DNA of 64,000 nucleotides, taken from positions 2,368,001 through 2,432,000 of the forward strand of contig OZ241917.1 of the NCBI GenBank assembly GCA_965203805.1, written 5' to 3'. The notes under the pieces are model-generated. The model saw only the letters and a program-made list of their open reading frames with translations, ran no database searches and was not told the DNA's origin. The position numbers were made by a program, and so were the translations under genes. This stretch comes from Candidatus Latescibacterota bacterium. GTDB taxonomy: Bacteria; Latescibacterota; UBA2968; GCA-2709665. The first letter of the stretch is position 1; each line of letters begins with the position of its first letter. Shown here in pieces: positions 10,532-21,196 of the stretch.

Positions 10532-11395
10532 GTGATGATCATGGAACGCATCGTCACTTACGGGCGAATGATCAAGTTTTCGCACAGCGTCTTCGCCCTT
10601 CCGTTTGCCTTCAGCGGCGCGGCGCTGGCCGCGCTGGAAGCGGATATCAGCCTGGCGCAGGTGTTCTGGATCGCCGTGGCGATGGTGGGCGCCCGAAGCG
10701 CGGCGATGGGATTCAACCGGCTGGTGGACCGGGACATGGACGCGGCGAATCCCAGGACCGCGGCGCGAGAGTTGCCGCGCGGCCTCATCTCGCCGGGCGC
10801 CGTGCGCGTGTTGATCGCGATATCCTCCCTGGCGCTGATCGTCGCCGCCTGGAGACTGAACCCTCTGTGTTTCGCGCTATCTCCAGTGGCGCTGGGTATC
10901 GTCTTCTTCTATTCCTACACCAAGCGATTCACGTGGGCCACGCAGTTATTTCTCGGTCTGGCGCTGTCTCTGGCGCCCGTCGGCGCATGGATTGCGATTA
11001 CAGGGCGCCTCGACGCCGGGATCCTGCTGCTGGCCGGCGCCGTATTGGCCTGGGTTTCCGGGTTCGACATCATCTATGCCTGCCAGGACGTCGCGTTCGA
11101 CCGCGTCCATGGGATTTGTTCGATTCCTCAACGCTTCGGCGTGCGCCGGGCGCTGGCCATCGCACGGGGTTTTCATGCGATTTCATTTTTTTTGATGGCC
11201 GCGGTGGGTGTGTTTTTCGAGCTGGGAGTCATCTACATGGCAGGACTGATCGTGGTGGCGGCGCTGATGGTGTACGAGCACCGGCTGGTGAAGCCGGAAG
11301 ACCTTTCTCGACTGGGCGTGGCGTTCATGAACGTGAATGCCGCGATTAGCGCCGTCTTTTTCGCCTTTACGCTCGGAGACGTGTTGTGGCGGTGA
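10532..11395 (+). CDS. UbiA-family polyprenyltransferase (MqnP-like, futalosine menaquinone pathway)
   Basis: IKFSHSVFALPFA, NRLVDRDMDAANPRT, YSYTKRFT, GFDIIYACQD. Confidence 0.9.
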   Translation: MMIMERIVTYGRMIKFSHSVFALPFAFSGAALAALEADISLAQVFWIAVAMVGARSAAMGFNRLVDRDMDAANPRTAARELPRGLISPGAVRVLIAISSLALIVAAWRLNPLCFALSPVALGIVFFYSYTKRFTWATQLFLGLALSLAPVGAWIAITGRLDAGILLLAGAVLAWVSGFDIIYACQDVAFDRVHGICSIPQRFGVRRALAIARGFHAISFFLMAAVGVFFELGVIYMAGLIVVAALMVYEHRLVKPEDLSRLGVAFMNVNAAISAVFFAFTLGDVLWR

Positions 11396-11994
11396 ACCGG
11401 ATTGCGGTTGCGATCACCGGCGCCAGCGGGGCCATCTATGCCCTTCGGACCCTGCGGGCGCTGCTGCTGAACGGGGACGAGGTACACCTGATTGTGTCCG
11501 GGTTCGGCTGGATGTTGTTGCGAGAGGAAGGGGGCTTCGAGGGGAAACAGTCCGAATTTGAGGATTTTCTCGCTGACCGGTACGGCGCCGGGGTTTCGAA
11601 CGGGCGCGTGATCGTCCACCAGATCGGCAACATGGCGGCGTCGGTCGCAAGCGGGTCCGTGGGCGTGCGGGGCATGGTCGTCGTGCCGTGTTCAATGAAA
11701 TATCTGTCGAATATCGCTCACGGCGCGTCCGGAAACCTGATCGAACGGGCCGCGGACGTCACGCTCAAGGAACACCGACCGCTGATTCTGGTTCCACGCG
11801 AAACGCCGATGAGCCTGATCCACCTTCGGAACATGACCGCCGCCGCCGAGGCGGGAGCCGCCATCGTGCCGGCCATGCCGGCATTCTACCAGAAGCCGGA
11901 GACGTTTGACGACCTGGCGGATTTCGTCGCCGGGCGGATCCTGAATCTCTTGAACATCGAACACGATCTGTTTCCACCGTGGACAGGGATGTAA
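11386..11994 (+). CDS. ubiX: Flavin prenyltransferase UbiX family
   Basis: ITGASGAIY, ASGS, PCSM, RAADVTLKE, RETP, PAFY. Confidence 0.92.
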   Translation: MAVNRIAVAITGASGAIYALRTLRALLLNGDEVHLIVSGFGWMLLREEGGFEGKQSEFEDFLADRYGAGVSNGRVIVHQIGNMAASVASGSVGVRGMVVVPCSMKYLSNIAHGASGNLIERAADVTLKEHRPLILVPRETPMSLIHLRNMTAAAEAGAAIVPAMPAFYQKPETFDDLADFVAGRILNLLNIEHDLFPPWTGM

Positions 11995-12040
11995 CGACGT
12001 ATCCTTCACGCCGCGCCCAAGCCACACAAAGGGACAGCCG

Positions 12041-13336
12041 ATGCACACCGACCTGACGCATCACATTCAGGAGACCGCCCTGGTCGATACGCACGAGCAT
12101 TTGCGAAAGGAACCGGACTGGGTACACGAAGGCCCCGACATCCTGCAGGATCTGTTTGGAAATTACGTTACCGCCGACCTTCACACGGCAGGCGCCTCCC
12201 CTGCCGCAATGAAGCGGTTGATGGATGGGACGGATGCGGACATCGCCGGGCGGTTCGAGGGTATCCGCGAAGCCTGGGAAGCGACGCAGTTTACAGGATA
12301 CGGAGAAGCGGTGCGGTTGATCGCCAGGCACGTGTACGGCATCGACGTCCTGACAGCGGACGCCATTACGTCCGCTCAGGAAAGGATACACGCACTGCGG
12401 CGTCCCGGGGAACGACTGCGCCTGCTGCGCGACACGGCCAACCTGGATCACGTTCAGACGGACGATTTCCAATGGGCATGCCTGCCGGATGATTCGGGAC
12501 CGGATTTTTTCCTGTACGATCTCTCCTGGGCGGGATTCTGCAACGGGCAGATCAATCTCGAGCACATGCACACCGAGACGAACGTTGAGGTAACGGGTCT
12601 CGAAACCCTCAAACAGGCGATGGAAGGCATCTTCTCCAAATACGCGGACTGCGCCATCGCCGTGAAGACTCAGCACGCGTACAGCCGGACCCTGAACTGG
12701 CGTGAACGCGACGACTCGGAGGCTGCCGGCGCGCTCGAAAGGATACTGCGGGGGGCCGACGAAGACGTCCCGGAGCAGACGCGGCTTTGCCTCGGTGACT
12801 GGTGCTGGGCGCGCGGCGTGGAACTCTCCATCGCGCACAACCTGCCGTTCAAGATCCACACGGGATACTACGCGGGCAACGACCGCATGCCCGTAAGCCG
12901 GATCGCCGCCGGGAACATGTGCGCGTTATTCGCACGGTACCCGGACGCCCGCTTTGTCCTGATGCACATCGCCTACCCGTATAACGATGAACTGGTCGCC
13001 CTGGCCAAGCACTTCCGGAACATCTGGGTCGACCTCTGCTGGGCATGGAGCATCGACCCCTATAGTTCGAGGGACTTTCTTCGCCGTTTCCTGCATGCCG
13101 TCCCCGCCAACAAGCTGTTCGCGTTCGGCGGCGATACGGGCTGGCCCACGGGTGCGCTCGCGTATTCCATCCAGGCCCGGAATGAAATCCGCCGCGGGCT
13201 CGAGGCGGAAGTCGCTGAAGGATATCTGAGTGAGAAACAGGCGATGGACGTTGCGACCCGGATCATGCGGGAGAACCAGTACGCCTGTTTCGATATCGAT
13301 GGAACGCGTGCAAACATACGCGTTGCAGCGGCATAA
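12041..13336 (+). CDS. Amidohydrolase family protein
   Basis: DTHEH metal motif, KIHTG, FVLMH, GGD. Confidence 0.85.
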   Translation: MHTDLTHHIQETALVDTHEHLRKEPDWVHEGPDILQDLFGNYVTADLHTAGASPAAMKRLMDGTDADIAGRFEGIREAWEATQFTGYGEAVRLIARHVYGIDVLTADAITSAQERIHALRRPGERLRLLRDTANLDHVQTDDFQWACLPDDSGPDFFLYDLSWAGFCNGQINLEHMHTETNVEVTGLETLKQAMEGIFSKYADCAIAVKTQHAYSRTLNWRERDDSEAAGALERILRGADEDVPEQTRLCLGDWCWARGVELSIAHNLPFKIHTGYYAGNDRMPVSRIAAGNMCALFARYPDARFVLMHIAYPYNDELVALAKHFRNIWVDLCWAWSIDPYSSRDFLRRFLHAVPANKLFAFGGDTGWPTGALAYSIQARNEIRRGLEAEVAEGYLSEKQAMDVATRIMRENQYACFDIDGTRANIRVAAA

Positions 13337-13376
13337 CAACTGCATAGCTGATTAGACGACCGTACGAGGTGAAGAG

Positions 13377-13712
13377 TTGCCACAGGTTACAGACGCCCTT
13401 CTGGACGAGATGGTAAGAACCATCGTCGACGAAGCCGATCCCGAACAGGTGATCCTGTTCGGTTCGTACGCTCGCGGTACTGCTACGTACGATTCTGACG
13501 TGGATTTGCTGGTCATTGAATCAGAACCGTTCGCGAACGCGCAGTTGAGATACGAAGAGGGAATCAGGCTCTATGATGCACTGTCTCACTTTCAGGTTCC
13601 CAAGGACATTCTGGTCTACAGCCGGGAACGAGTCGAGTATTGGCGTGACTCCCTCAACAACGTCGTAGCGCGAGCCCTGCGCGAAGGACGGGTGCTTTAT
13701 GAACGACGTTAA
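13377..13712 (+). CDS. Minimal nucleotidyltransferase (MNT-type antitoxin)
   Basis: ILFGSYARG...DSDVDLLVI, ALREGRVLYE. Confidence 0.85.
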   Translation: MPQVTDALLDEMVRTIVDEADPEQVILFGSYARGTATYDSDVDLLVIESEPFANAQLRYEEGIRLYDALSHFQVPKDILVYSRERVEYWRDSLNNVVARALREGRVLYERR

Positions 13713-13730
13713 ACAAGCCCGCATTAAGAA

Positions 13731-13767
13731 AGAGGCCGCCGTATGTACGCAATCGGCGGCTTCTCTT
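13731..13767. terminator. Stem-loop between convergent genes, probable terminator
   Basis: AGAGGCCGCCG...CGGCGGCTTCT inverted repeat with A/T-rich flanks. Confidence 0.55.
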
Positions 13768-13798
13768 GTATCATACTAAGTTATTTGGCGGGTGCGAC

Positions 13799-15082
13799 TT
13801 AGTGATATCGCTCCACGTCGAAATTGACGCGCATCGAAACCAGCGCACGTACCGTACGCACCCTGTCTTCGCGATTGCCTTCCGTCTGCCTGTACCCGCC
13901 GAACACAGCGGCCACGTCCAGCGCGAAATACCGGTCCAGTTCAGCGCCGATCCCAAGCGTCCACGCATCGCGGTCCGTCTCGATCTGCACGTCGGGTACA
14001 GGACCGCCTCCAACGTATCGGACCGGATCCCGATAGTAGCCGCCCCTCAACGCGAGGCCCCGCCCGGAAATCGCGTATTCGCCGCCCAGATGGATCCGCA
14101 CCGCGTTTCGGTATTGCCGGCGGAAATCGTCCACGTGCGGCACAATGTTCCGCGCCCGGACGTTGTAGGTGGCTTCCTGCAGGTCGCCGTAATGCACGTC
14201 ACCGCTCAACGTCAGTCCCTTTGAGGTCCATCCCAGACCGAATCCCAGTGAAATCGGCTGCCGTATCTCGTACCTGTCCACGTAATAATCGCGGGGATAG
14301 GTATCTTTCCGATCTTCGTATGTATCTTCGAACTCATCCGCGACTTCCGCCGACACGCGAATGGGAGTCGCCACGGAAATCGTCACGCCAATCCGGAAAT
14401 TCGACGGGTGCCAGAATCGGATGCCACCCTGAAGCCCCAGCGCGGAAAATTCGTCGTCGGACTCGAAACGCTGATAAAGACGTACCGTATCCACATGGAC
14501 CTGCTGCACGTCTTCAAGCGTCAATTCCTGCATGAACCGGTTGGTTCCCCGCCATCTGTACAGAGATAGACCCGCGGATAGGCTCGGCGCCACGTCCACT
14601 GCGGCGCCAATCGTCCACGCGCCGAAGGCGCCCCGGTCTTCCGAAAAACCCGATTTTTCGAAGTCGGCGACGTCATCGTACGCATCGATCCGCAATCCGC
14701 CGTCGAAGTGCCGGGTGCGCCCGAAACCCGCCGCGAAAACCAGGCTGCCCCGGTAGACGGGAACCGGATATACGACGCCCGCCGACGCGAAGCGCGTGCT
14801 ATTCAACTCGAACGCGGAGGGTCGACTGAAGAATTGCGACTCGTTCCGAAACCGGTCGTGCGACATCCCCCACGAGATCGACCCGTGTTGGGCCCTTGCC
14901 AATCCGGCAGGGTTCCAGAAAAGGCCGGAAAAATCGTCCGATTCCGTGACATAGGCGCCGCCCATCCCCATTGCGCGCGCGCCGATGCCCGAGAACCCAT
15001 CCAGCGCGACCTCCTGCGCGCTCGCCGACGCCGCCCACGCGCAGATTGCCAGCATCGGAACCGTGGAACCGACTCGCCTCAT
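13799..15082 (-). CDS. Outer-membrane beta-barrel, FadL/OmpP1/PorV-like family
   Basis: Signal peptide; GARAMGMGGAY...FWNPAGL; alternating beta strands. Confidence 0.8.
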   Translation of the reverse strand: MRRVGSTVPMLAICAWAASASAQEVALDGFSGIGARAMGMGGAYVTESDDFSGLFWNPAGLARAQHGSISWGMSHDRFRNESQFFSRPSAFELNSTRFASAGVVYPVPVYRGSLVFAAGFGRTRHFDGGLRIDAYDDVADFEKSGFSEDRGAFGAWTIGAAVDVAPSLSAGLSLYRWRGTNRFMQELTLEDVQQVHVDTVRLYQRFESDDEFSALGLQGGIRFWHPSNFRIGVTISVATPIRVSAEVADEFEDTYEDRKDTYPRDYYVDRYEIRQPISLGFGLGWTSKGLTLSGDVHYGDLQEATYNVRARNIVPHVDDFRRQYRNAVRIHLGGEYAISGRGLALRGGYYRDPVRYVGGGPVPDVQIETDRDAWTLGIGAELDRYFALDVAAVFGGYRQTEGNREDRVRTVRALVSMRVNFDVERYH

Positions 15083-15753
15083 CGCATCCCCCCTCTGCGC
15101 CGCTGTTTCTCACGTTTCTCCTCGCGCTTTTCCTCCTGCTTTTTTTCTTCCTTCTGTGAAGACGGCTTACTGCTGCCCGAATCGCGCGGTTTCGAAGCGG
15201 TTCCGGATGCGCTGCCCGATTTCTCCGGTTTCGGATTTGCCCGGGTCGCGCCTACCGACGGAGCTCTGCGGACCCGCGTGGTCTTCTTTGTTCCGCGGCC
15301 CTTACGGACCGTGCCGGCGGATAAGGGATCGCCACCCCGCAGTCCGGAATGTCTCAAACGCAAATGGGGTTCCGGAAGCTCGATCGGATCCGACTCGATC
15401 CACCGATATCTTACGGTGGGATAATACCCGCGTCCGTGAGCCAGACGTTGCCGCATCCACCCCCGCCACCACGGGCCGTAGACGGCCGTCCACCACGAAT
15501 ACCGCCAATTCAGACCGCGTCGACTCCGAATTGGATATTCCGCCCACCGGGGATCGAAAAACGGCGAAGTCCCCCAGGTTCCCTGGCCGAAATGGTCGTA
15601 GACATGATACTTGTATATCCGCACGACGGTGGTATCGACCGGCGAACCGGATTCGACAAGATCATCCGCCACATACTCGGGCGGCCGAATCTGCGTATAG
15701 CACCCTGAAAGTGTGAACAGGCAGAAAAGTGCGAGACCGATTCGATGCGCCAT
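15079..15753 (-). CDS. Hypothetical lipoprotein
   Basis: Lipobox LSGC followed by YTQ; low-complexity basic C-terminus; 4-nt overlap with the barrel gene. Confidence 0.65.
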   Translation of the reverse strand: MAHRIGLALFCLFTLSGCYTQIRPPEYVADDLVESGSPVDTTVVRIYKYHVYDHFGQGTWGTSPFFDPRWAEYPIRSRRGLNWRYSWWTAVYGPWWRGWMRQRLAHGRGYYPTVRYRWIESDPIELPEPHLRLRHSGLRGGDPLSAGTVRKGRGTKKTTRVRRAPSVGATRANPKPEKSGSASGTASKPRDSGSSKPSSQKEEKKQEEKREEKREKQRRRGGMR

Positions 15754-15896
15754 GGCAGACTCCCTCGTTACGAAACCCGCTCATTCCAGCCACAGTCTTC
15801 CGCCCGTCGCTCCCCTCTCAAATAATAGCCGATTTCCAACCTCGGCACAATACTATATAAATAACCGGTGAAAAGGAAGAACGAAGAAGAAAGAAC

Positions 15897-15966
15897 TGAA
15901 AGCGGTGAGACGGAAGAGGGTAGACGGTAGATGAAAGCGGTGAGACGGTAGACGTTAGACGGGAGA
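15897..15966. repeat. Short intergenic direct repeats (TGAAAGCGGTGAGACGG twice, plus AGACGG units)
   Basis: Seen directly in sequence. Confidence 0.6.
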
Positions 15967-16059
15967 GGATAACGTTACCACAATGTTCTCACACTAACCG
16001 TGCTTGTTTCTCTACCGTTATCGTAACGACCAGAAATACTATTTGGCACTCATGTCATC

Positions 16060-17508
16060 TCACGTCTCACTGCGTTTAGCGATGCTTTGAAGAAGCCCCC
16101 CGAACAGCAGGACGTGAATCGGATACAGGGCGTGCCAATAGAATCGTCCCCACAGGCCGACCGCGTCGAAGACTGCGGTCTGGCGCACCCTGGATCCCCC
16201 ACCTTCTCGCGGCGTGACGTCGAACTCGAGCCAGCCGCGGCCCGGCAGCTTCATCTCCGCCTCGAGGCGCAGACGGGCGTCCCGTTCGTAAACCTCGACC
16301 CGCCAGCAGTCCAGAACCTCGCCGGCGGCAAGTTGTTCCGAGTCGCGCCGGCCACGGCTCATGCCGACCCCGCCCAACAACTGGTCGATCAGACCGCGCA
16401 AGCGCCACATCCAATGGCCGTAGTACCAGCCTTCCGCGCCTCCTATGCGCCGGATTGGGGCGAATGCGGCTGCAGGTGGCACGGGCAGGTCGACGAACGC
16501 CGAATGGATCAGCCTCCCGCGGATGCGGACACCGCCCCAGCGCAAGGTCGTCGCGGTTGCAAGCGTGGCCTCCGACCACGGCGCGGCCGCGAACGCCGCG
16601 TCCTCTTCCTCAACCGCGCGGGCGATCGCGGGAACCAGCCCGAGCGGTTGAATCGGAAACGCGGTTCTTGCAGCGGCGTCATTCACGACGGTCGCGGTCC
16701 GCAGTCCGTCGACCAGTTGGCGGCCGACCCTCGCGTAGACAGGAGTCGTCAGATCCAGCCAGAGACTCGACAGGCGCGGCGTCAGCAACGGCACGGGAAT
16801 CAGCAGTCGCCGGAGACCGCGCCATCGGGCGTACTCGCGCATGATCTCGCGGTACGACACTACGTCCGCTCCGCCCACCTCGTACAGACGGCTCTCGCCA
16901 TGGGGCAGGTCGAGCGCCGCCGCGAGGTACGCCACCAGGTCGGCCAGTGCGATCGGCTGGGTGGGCGTGCGGACCCATGATGGGCAGACCATCACCGGAA
17001 GCCGCTCGACCAGCGCGCGAATCAGTTCGAACGAAAGGCTGCCGGCGCCCAGCACGATCCCGCTGCGGAACTCGATGACAGGCACCCCGGACGCCCGCAG
17101 CATTTCGCCGGTCTCGTGACGGCTGCGCAGGTGCCTGGACAGTCCTGAGGAGGATCCCAGGCCGCCCACGTACACGATGCGCCGCACCCCGGCAGCCCGA
17201 GCCGCCGCGCCGAAGTTCTGCGCCGCCTCGCGGTCACGGGTTTCGAAATCGGCGCTTCCGCCCATCGAATGGACCATATAGTAGGCCGTATCAATCCCCG
17301 CGAATGCGCCATGTAGCGAAGCCGGATCCAGGCAGTCGCCGCGGACAACGCTGCTGTTCGGCCCGATCTGACCTGTCAGCGCATCCGGACGGCGCGTCAT
17401 ACAGCGCACCGCGCGTCCGCCCGCCTCCAGGGCCGGGAGCAACCGCCCCCCGATGCACCCGGTGGCGCCGGTAAGCAGGATCGCCGGCTGCTGAATTGTA
17501 CCTTTCAT
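16060..17508 (-). CDS. Atypical SDR oxidoreductase with DUF2867 domain (YbjT-like)
   Basis: TGATGCIG, AYYMVHSM, GSLSFE, RIGGAEGWYY, EMKLPGRGWLEF. Confidence 0.88.
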   Translation of the reverse strand: MKGTIQQPAILLTGATGCIGGRLLPALEAGGRAVRCMTRRPDALTGQIGPNSSVVRGDCLDPASLHGAFAGIDTAYYMVHSMGGSADFETRDREAAQNFGAAARAAGVRRIVYVGGLGSSSGLSRHLRSRHETGEMLRASGVPVIEFRSGIVLGAGSLSFELIRALVERLPVMVCPSWVRTPTQPIALADLVAYLAAALDLPHGESRLYEVGGADVVSYREIMREYARWRGLRRLLIPVPLLTPRLSSLWLDLTTPVYARVGRQLVDGLRTATVVNDAAARTAFPIQPLGLVPAIARAVEEEDAAFAAAPWSEATLATATTLRWGGVRIRGRLIHSAFVDLPVPPAAAFAPIRRIGGAEGWYYGHWMWRLRGLIDQLLGGVGMSRGRRDSEQLAAGEVLDCWRVEVYERDARLRLEAEMKLPGRGWLEFDVTPREGGGSRVRQTAVFDAVGLWGRFYWHALYPIHVLLFGGLLQSIAKRSET

Positions 17509-17664
17509 CAGGCCTCTCTCCGCCTCCGCCGACCTACCCCCTATCCCCCTTCCCGGGGGGAGCTGATTTTTGATCTTGCTTCAAGCTGACTGCTGACCGC
17601 TGATAGCTGCCTTTTGCTGCTTCTCAACGGCCGGGGGAGAGGCCCGCGGAGCGCCACTGCCTTC

Positions 17665-20391
17665 TCATCGAAACAGCCCAGAGTATTTCAGGGTCATGAT
17701 GTAGTCCTGCGATCCCTGCTTTTTGGCCAGGGGTCGGTTGTCGTAGATGTCCCATCCGAAGCCGAAGAGAAACTGGTCCTTGTAAACGGAAACGGCCACG
17801 CCCAGAGATATGGCCAGCGAGTTTTCGGTTGAAAGGGCCTCGAGGACGTTGCCGATAGCGGTCAGATGGATACCGGAAATCGACGGGTTATCCACGTTGT
17901 GCCAGCCGGCAAACGCCAGTCCGGGCAGGCCGATCAGGCGCTCGGTACCGCCCCGGACCCGTTTGCCGTCCGCGTCTGTATAATCGCGGCCGGGCCGAAT
18001 CGTCAGGAAGGACACCAGCGGCCTGGCCTCGAACTCCCACTTCCACCCGCCGGCTTCCAGAATCTGCGATACGCTCTGGGGCGCGGCGCCCGGGTAACTT
18101 CGGCTCGTTATCCTGATGCGCACGCGGCGATTGTCTTTTTCCGACAACTGCAGGTTGAGATCTTCGGCGGGAACCCGGCTGCCGCTCGTTTCGTGGATTG
18201 TGACCTTTTTGCTTCTGGTTCCGCCCTTTGGGGCGTAGTCTTCGCCGAGCCGGGTCCATTCGACGATCATTTCACGACCGATCAGCGCCCGCCTGAGCGA
18301 GTCGGGAATCGCGAAGACCACGTCGACTTTGGTGCCGTCCTTCTGCACGATGGGGACATTGTCCCAGTCGACGGCCAGGGGACGCGCTTCGTCGTCGCGT
18401 GAGACCAGGATCTCGACAATCTGCGCCAGGTCGATGTCTCCGAGCACCCCCTGCCCTTTGAATTCGAGCGGCCGCGCCCGGTCCTTGAAGTCGTTGCTTA
18501 CCAGCCAGACGGAACCCCGGCGTTCGCCCAGGGCATCGGGCGCAAAAGAAAGCTTCAGGCTCACGGACTCCCCCGGGGGGAGCGCGAACTGCGCCGGGTC
18601 GACGCGGGCTTCCTTGCTCTGGGGATGCGCTTCGACCCGCAGCACAGTATCGCCGACGTTGGTGGCCACCAGCGTCCTCTCCACGTCTTCTCCCAGCGCC
18701 GCGTAGCCGAAGTCGACGACCCCCGCAGGGTTCAACTCGATCTCCGCGCCCACTCCGTTGCCTTTGAGCAGGACATCGAGCGTTATTCTCTCGTTCGCGC
18801 CCAGGGCGTCGAAGCGCAATGTCCCTGAAATCGCTCCGCGGGCTGACGGACTGAAGGCCAAGTGCAGCGGCAGGGAGCGCTGGCTCTGCGCGGGCAACAG
18901 GAAGGCGTCGATCGGGGAATGGACGGAGAATTCCGCGCTCGTCAAGCGAAGCTGGTGAATCTCGAGGTCGGCGTTGCCCACGTTGGTGAACTCGACGACC
19001 CGGGGGCTGCTTTCACCAACGGCAACGCGCCCGAAGTCCACGGTTTCCGGGCTGACGGCAAAGAACCGGCCCACGCCCAGCAAGCGCACCGTCCGACGCC
19101 TGGCTTCGGTCTCAACGTGGAGGACGGCCTGGCGGGCGCCGGCTTCTCTGGGCGAAAAGCTGAGCGCCATCCGTGCGCCGGCGCCGGGCTGAACAAGGAC
19201 GGAGTTCTGCGCAAGTTCGAATTCAAGGCCCTCATCTTCCACAACAGAGACCTCGACGGCGCCCGGCTGGCCGCCCCGGTTCCAAAGAAGCAGATGGTTG
19301 CGCGAAGCCTCTCCAATGGGCACGCTGCCGAAGTCGATGTCTTTACTGATTATTTCGATTCGGGGCGGGCTGACGCGGCCGCGACCCGTGAGGGGGATGG
19401 CGACCTCGACGGCTTCCGGATCGCTGGTACGCAGGCGGAGGGCGCCGCTTTGGACCCCTGCGTTTTGCGGCGCAAAGGCCACGCTGAGGTCGAGCCGCCC
19501 CTCGGGAGCAATACTCGCCGTGGCGTCTGCGGCTTCGAGGACAAAGGCCGCCCCCTCTGCAATTGCGCCTTCAACGCGCAACGCGGCAGGACCCTGGTTG
19601 AGAACGGTCACGTTGCGCATCAAGCGACGCCCCACCTCGACGGCGCCGAAGTCGAGGCCCACCCGTGGGAGGGGTGAAAAAACCGCGCGCGGCGCCAGAC
19701 CGCTCCCTCGCAATGGAACGGACCAATCTCCGAAATCGGCCGCTGAGACCACCAGTTCAGTAGCGACCGTCCCCGCGCGCGTTGGAACGAACGCAACCTC
19801 TATCCGCGTTTCATCGCCGGGGGCGGGCCACGGTCCCTTACCACCCTCAACGTGGAATGGACCCTGCAGGCGGGTAACGTTCATCGGCTCCGCCGCTACG
19901 GGAGTCGTGCCGGTGTTCTTGACGACGACGACCGCGGTCGAATCCTGTGCGACGGGTATCGCGCCGAAATCGATCCCACCGGAAGGCAGGATCTCCACGT
20001 TCGTTGGAACGACCACCGCTTGCAGCGGCACCGTCTGGCGCTGTCCTGTGAACAGGGAGCCGATTTGCAGCGTAAGTTCACCCACGTAACGACCGGCCGC
20101 ATTTGCACTGAAGCGCACGTCCACACGACCGACACCCCGCGCATCCAGGCGCAGCGTATCCGCTTTTGCGGCGAAACCCATACCGCTGATGCCGACAATC
20201 ACACTGAGCTCTTCGTCGTGCAGGTTTTCGAGATCAACGGAAGCATTGGCTACGAATCCAACGCCGACCTGGCCCAGATCAAGCGCATCGGGGACAATGG
20301 TGAGGGGCTCGGCGTGGAGTCTCGCAGTCAGGAAAAGGAGAGCGATTCCGAGAAATCGAGAACAGCGACTAACCCGCCAGAATGCCGACAT
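17665..20391 (-). CDS. Secreted protein with about six choice-of-anchor D / ASH (ASPM-SPD-2-Hydin) Ig-like domains
   Basis: Signal peptide; repeated (L/I/V)DFGxV...N.G...F.P...G units. Confidence 0.8.
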   Translation of the reverse strand: MSAFWRVSRCSRFLGIALLFLTARLHAEPLTIVPDALDLGQVGVGFVANASVDLENLHDEELSVIVGISGMGFAAKADTLRLDARGVGRVDVRFSANAAGRYVGELTLQIGSLFTGQRQTVPLQAVVVPTNVEILPSGGIDFGAIPVAQDSTAVVVVKNTGTTPVAAEPMNVTRLQGPFHVEGGKGPWPAPGDETRIEVAFVPTRAGTVATELVVSAADFGDWSVPLRGSGLAPRAVFSPLPRVGLDFGAVEVGRRLMRNVTVLNQGPAALRVEGAIAEGAAFVLEAADATASIAPEGRLDLSVAFAPQNAGVQSGALRLRTSDPEAVEVAIPLTGRGRVSPPRIEIISKDIDFGSVPIGEASRNHLLLWNRGGQPGAVEVSVVEDEGLEFELAQNSVLVQPGAGARMALSFSPREAGARQAVLHVETEARRRTVRLLGVGRFFAVSPETVDFGRVAVGESSPRVVEFTNVGNADLEIHQLRLTSAEFSVHSPIDAFLLPAQSQRSLPLHLAFSPSARGAISGTLRFDALGANERITLDVLLKGNGVGAEIELNPAGVVDFGYAALGEDVERTLVATNVGDTVLRVEAHPQSKEARVDPAQFALPPGESVSLKLSFAPDALGERRGSVWLVSNDFKDRARPLEFKGQGVLGDIDLAQIVEILVSRDDEARPLAVDWDNVPIVQKDGTKVDVVFAIPDSLRRALIGREMIVEWTRLGEDYAPKGGTRSKKVTIHETSGSRVPAEDLNLQLSEKDNRRVRIRITSRSYPGAAPQSVSQILEAGGWKWEFEARPLVSFLTIRPGRDYTDADGKRVRGGTERLIGLPGLAFAGWHNVDNPSISGIHLTAIGNVLEALSTENSLAISLGVAVSVYKDQFLFGFGWDIYDNRPLAKKQGSQDYIMTLKYSGLFR

Positions 20392-21196
20392 ACCTGCGCC
20401 CCAATCACCTGCCGTGTCATGTGGATGGGATCCGTTTCACGCCCTCGACGGTCCGTGAAAATCGGCGCGTAATGTGACGAACCGATTCACTTTGACCACG
20501 AAGAATTCCGCATGACGCAATTCGGCGTGTTGACATACACCGACGCGTCGATATGAATATACAAAAGGGCGGCGCGCGATACAATCCGTTCCCCCCATTT
20601 TGCCGATGCGCAAGGCGTCATCAATGGCGTTCGGCGCATTATTGCAGGGGAGACCGCCCGGTCGTCCCTGCAAATCGACGGATATCGGCCGCCCTGCAGC
20701 ACCGCGATCCGATCCGCGAGCAGCAGCGCGGCGCACGAAAACCCTCCCGATTTAACCGGGGATTTTATTTCGACATAATTGACTCATTCTGCCGATTGGC
20801 ATATAATCACAGAGATACCGAAGGTACACCCGTCGGCAATTTAAGCTGCAATCGGCGTGTCGGGATAGACGGGCCTGGGAAACCTGAAATCCGGTCCGAC
20901 AAATGTCGCCCATGTTCACAAGTGTGACGATACTCAACAGTATCGCTGACCCAATGGAAATCACTACTTATTGTTAAACCTTATGTTATGTGTTTGGCAC
21001 GGCGGTTGCTTATCCATTCTGCGGAAGGAACGATCACACAGCAACGACGACCCATTCTTCAAGTGCGAAATCGCTTGACCGATAGAATTCCGGGATAGAC
21101 GGATCTTCGGGAAAGTCGCTTAAGACAACGGCGCATACGTGTCTCACGTGCGGACTGTCGCCGAGTGGATGTAAACCCTACAGATTGGAGGATACA

